NCBI GenBank assembly: GCA_002189035.1
Contig: CM007992.1
Location: 2,914,001 to 2,978,000 of the forward strand
Length of the DNA stretch: 64,000 nt
Source of the DNA: Utricularia gibba
Lineage: Eukaryota > Plantae > Magnoliophyta
Direction of reading: 5' to 3'
Shown here: positions 63,004 through 64,000 of the stretch, piece after piece
How the letters are laid out: the number at the start of each line of letters is the position of its first letter
How positions within the stretch are numbered: position 1 is the stretch's first letter
Translations under genes and position numbers: made by a program
The notes under the pieces: generated by a model
Told to the model about the DNA's origin: nothing
What the model saw: the letters and a program-made list of their open reading frames with translations, nothing else
Database searches by the model: none

Positions 63004-63549
63004 CTATGGGGTGTACAGAGTGGGGCCACACTTGCACTTCCACCCCTCGGGCTCGTAATTGGTGTACTCCAAATTCCAGCCGCCGTTGGAGTCGGCGGGG
63101 ACTTGGACGGCCTCGCACGGCTGGCACCGGCGGCACTTGTGCTCGCACCTCGGCGGCCTCGACCCCATCCTCTGCTCCTCCTGGAAGCATCGCCCATCAG
63201 AACGAACGGAGGAGGAGCTGAGTTACATACATACATGCAAAAAGCTTGTGGAATACCTTTGCTGAGAGCTGAGTTACATGCAGGGTCTGTGAGTGGCGTA
63301 CTTCCTCTACACAGCACAGAGATCAAAAGAAGAGGAATAAGACGATGATGAATAAGACAGCAGCAGCAGCAGCATTAGCAGAAGCAGCAGGAGGAGGAGA
63401 ATACCATTCTGAGTTAGGGTTGCAGAAGGAGGGGCGCCCCCGTTTGTAGTTTTAGCAGAAAGGGGTCTAGTGGAGGCGGCAGGAGCGCTGAGTAGCAGCA
63501 TTAAGTAGAAGCCAAGAAACAAGACAAAAGGAACCCGAGAGAATCTCAT
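63004..63549 (-). CDS. EPFL3: EPIDERMAL PATTERNING FACTOR-like secreted peptide (EPFL3-like), 3 exons, 123 aa
   Basis: Exons 63549-63405, 63306-63257, 63180-63004. Signal peptide MRFSRVPFVLFLGFYLMLLLSAPAAS. Mature region GSRPPRCEHKCRRCQPCEAVQVP...YTNYEPEGWKCKCGPTLYTP* has 6 Cys. The correct frame is absent from the ORF track. Confidence 0.9.
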
Positions 63550-64000
63550 GATGAAATGGGAGGAGCTAGAGAAAGTTCTTGTCTTTGCCAAACAATGGAA
63601 GGAAGCAAGGGGCGCTCTCTTCTCCGGGATTATATGGGGTTCAAGCGGAAGTGGATTTCGAGACGAATTTAGTGAAAAAGGGTATAGGGAGCAGGGTTTG
63701 ACTACTAGGGACTTGTTCTTCTGTTCCCAAATGCACAAACAGGGTTAGAGAGTGGCTGGGCTGTGTTCAAAACGCGGATGCGGAAGGAGGGGTATTTATG
63801 GGGTTGGTCTGGGAGCATAGACTGCAGTGCCTGATGGTTACTTTTCGGTCAGAAATCGCAAATAAAGAGCCTGCAGCAGACAACAACATTTTCCTTTGAC
63901 TGCAGCGAAGAAGGCGTTTCGTTCGCCCCAATCCACCGCATATGGCTTTCTTTGTAAGCCAAATTGCAGTTACCATTATATTTTAAAAAAGATAGCTTGA

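Noticed and set aside
63767-63976. 69-aa ORF upstream of EPFL
   Set aside because: No recognisable motif; probably promoter sequence at the window edge.

Overview
Gene-rich plant (eudicot-type) nuclear DNA with AT-rich, MITE-laden intergenic regions. I reconstructed 16 protein-coding genes by hand. In order: TPR protein (3' part), group VII ERF (MCGGAII N-degron), MKK4/5, mitochondrial ATP synthase epsilon, ZML (TIFY-CCT-GATA), UBP1, DUF1677, RSH2/3, ELF4-like, BIG GRAIN1-like, BRX-like, mitochondrial PDC E2, TRB4/5-like, zeta-COP and EPFL3-like (15 named families plus the TPR gene). The ORF track misses a probable polycistronic snoRNA unit at about 16.9-17.3 kb. It has a site II/TATA promoter and a canonical box C/D snoRNA with a 10-nt guide to 18S rRNA (snoR20-like). 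There is also an old 4.07-kb Ty1/copia element (two LTRs, PPT, near-perfect TSD), apparently nested in an older copia remnant, and many DNA-transposon derivatives. Six conserved genes are broken at seven sites, and every break is repaired by adding G/C to a G/C run. This points to a systematic long-read consensus error rather than pseudogenes. I found no CRISPR, tRNA or rRNA genes and no clear evidence of a wholly new system. The best leads are the ncRNA unit, a candidate uORF in the ELF4-like leader and TE-borne G-boxes upstream of RSH.
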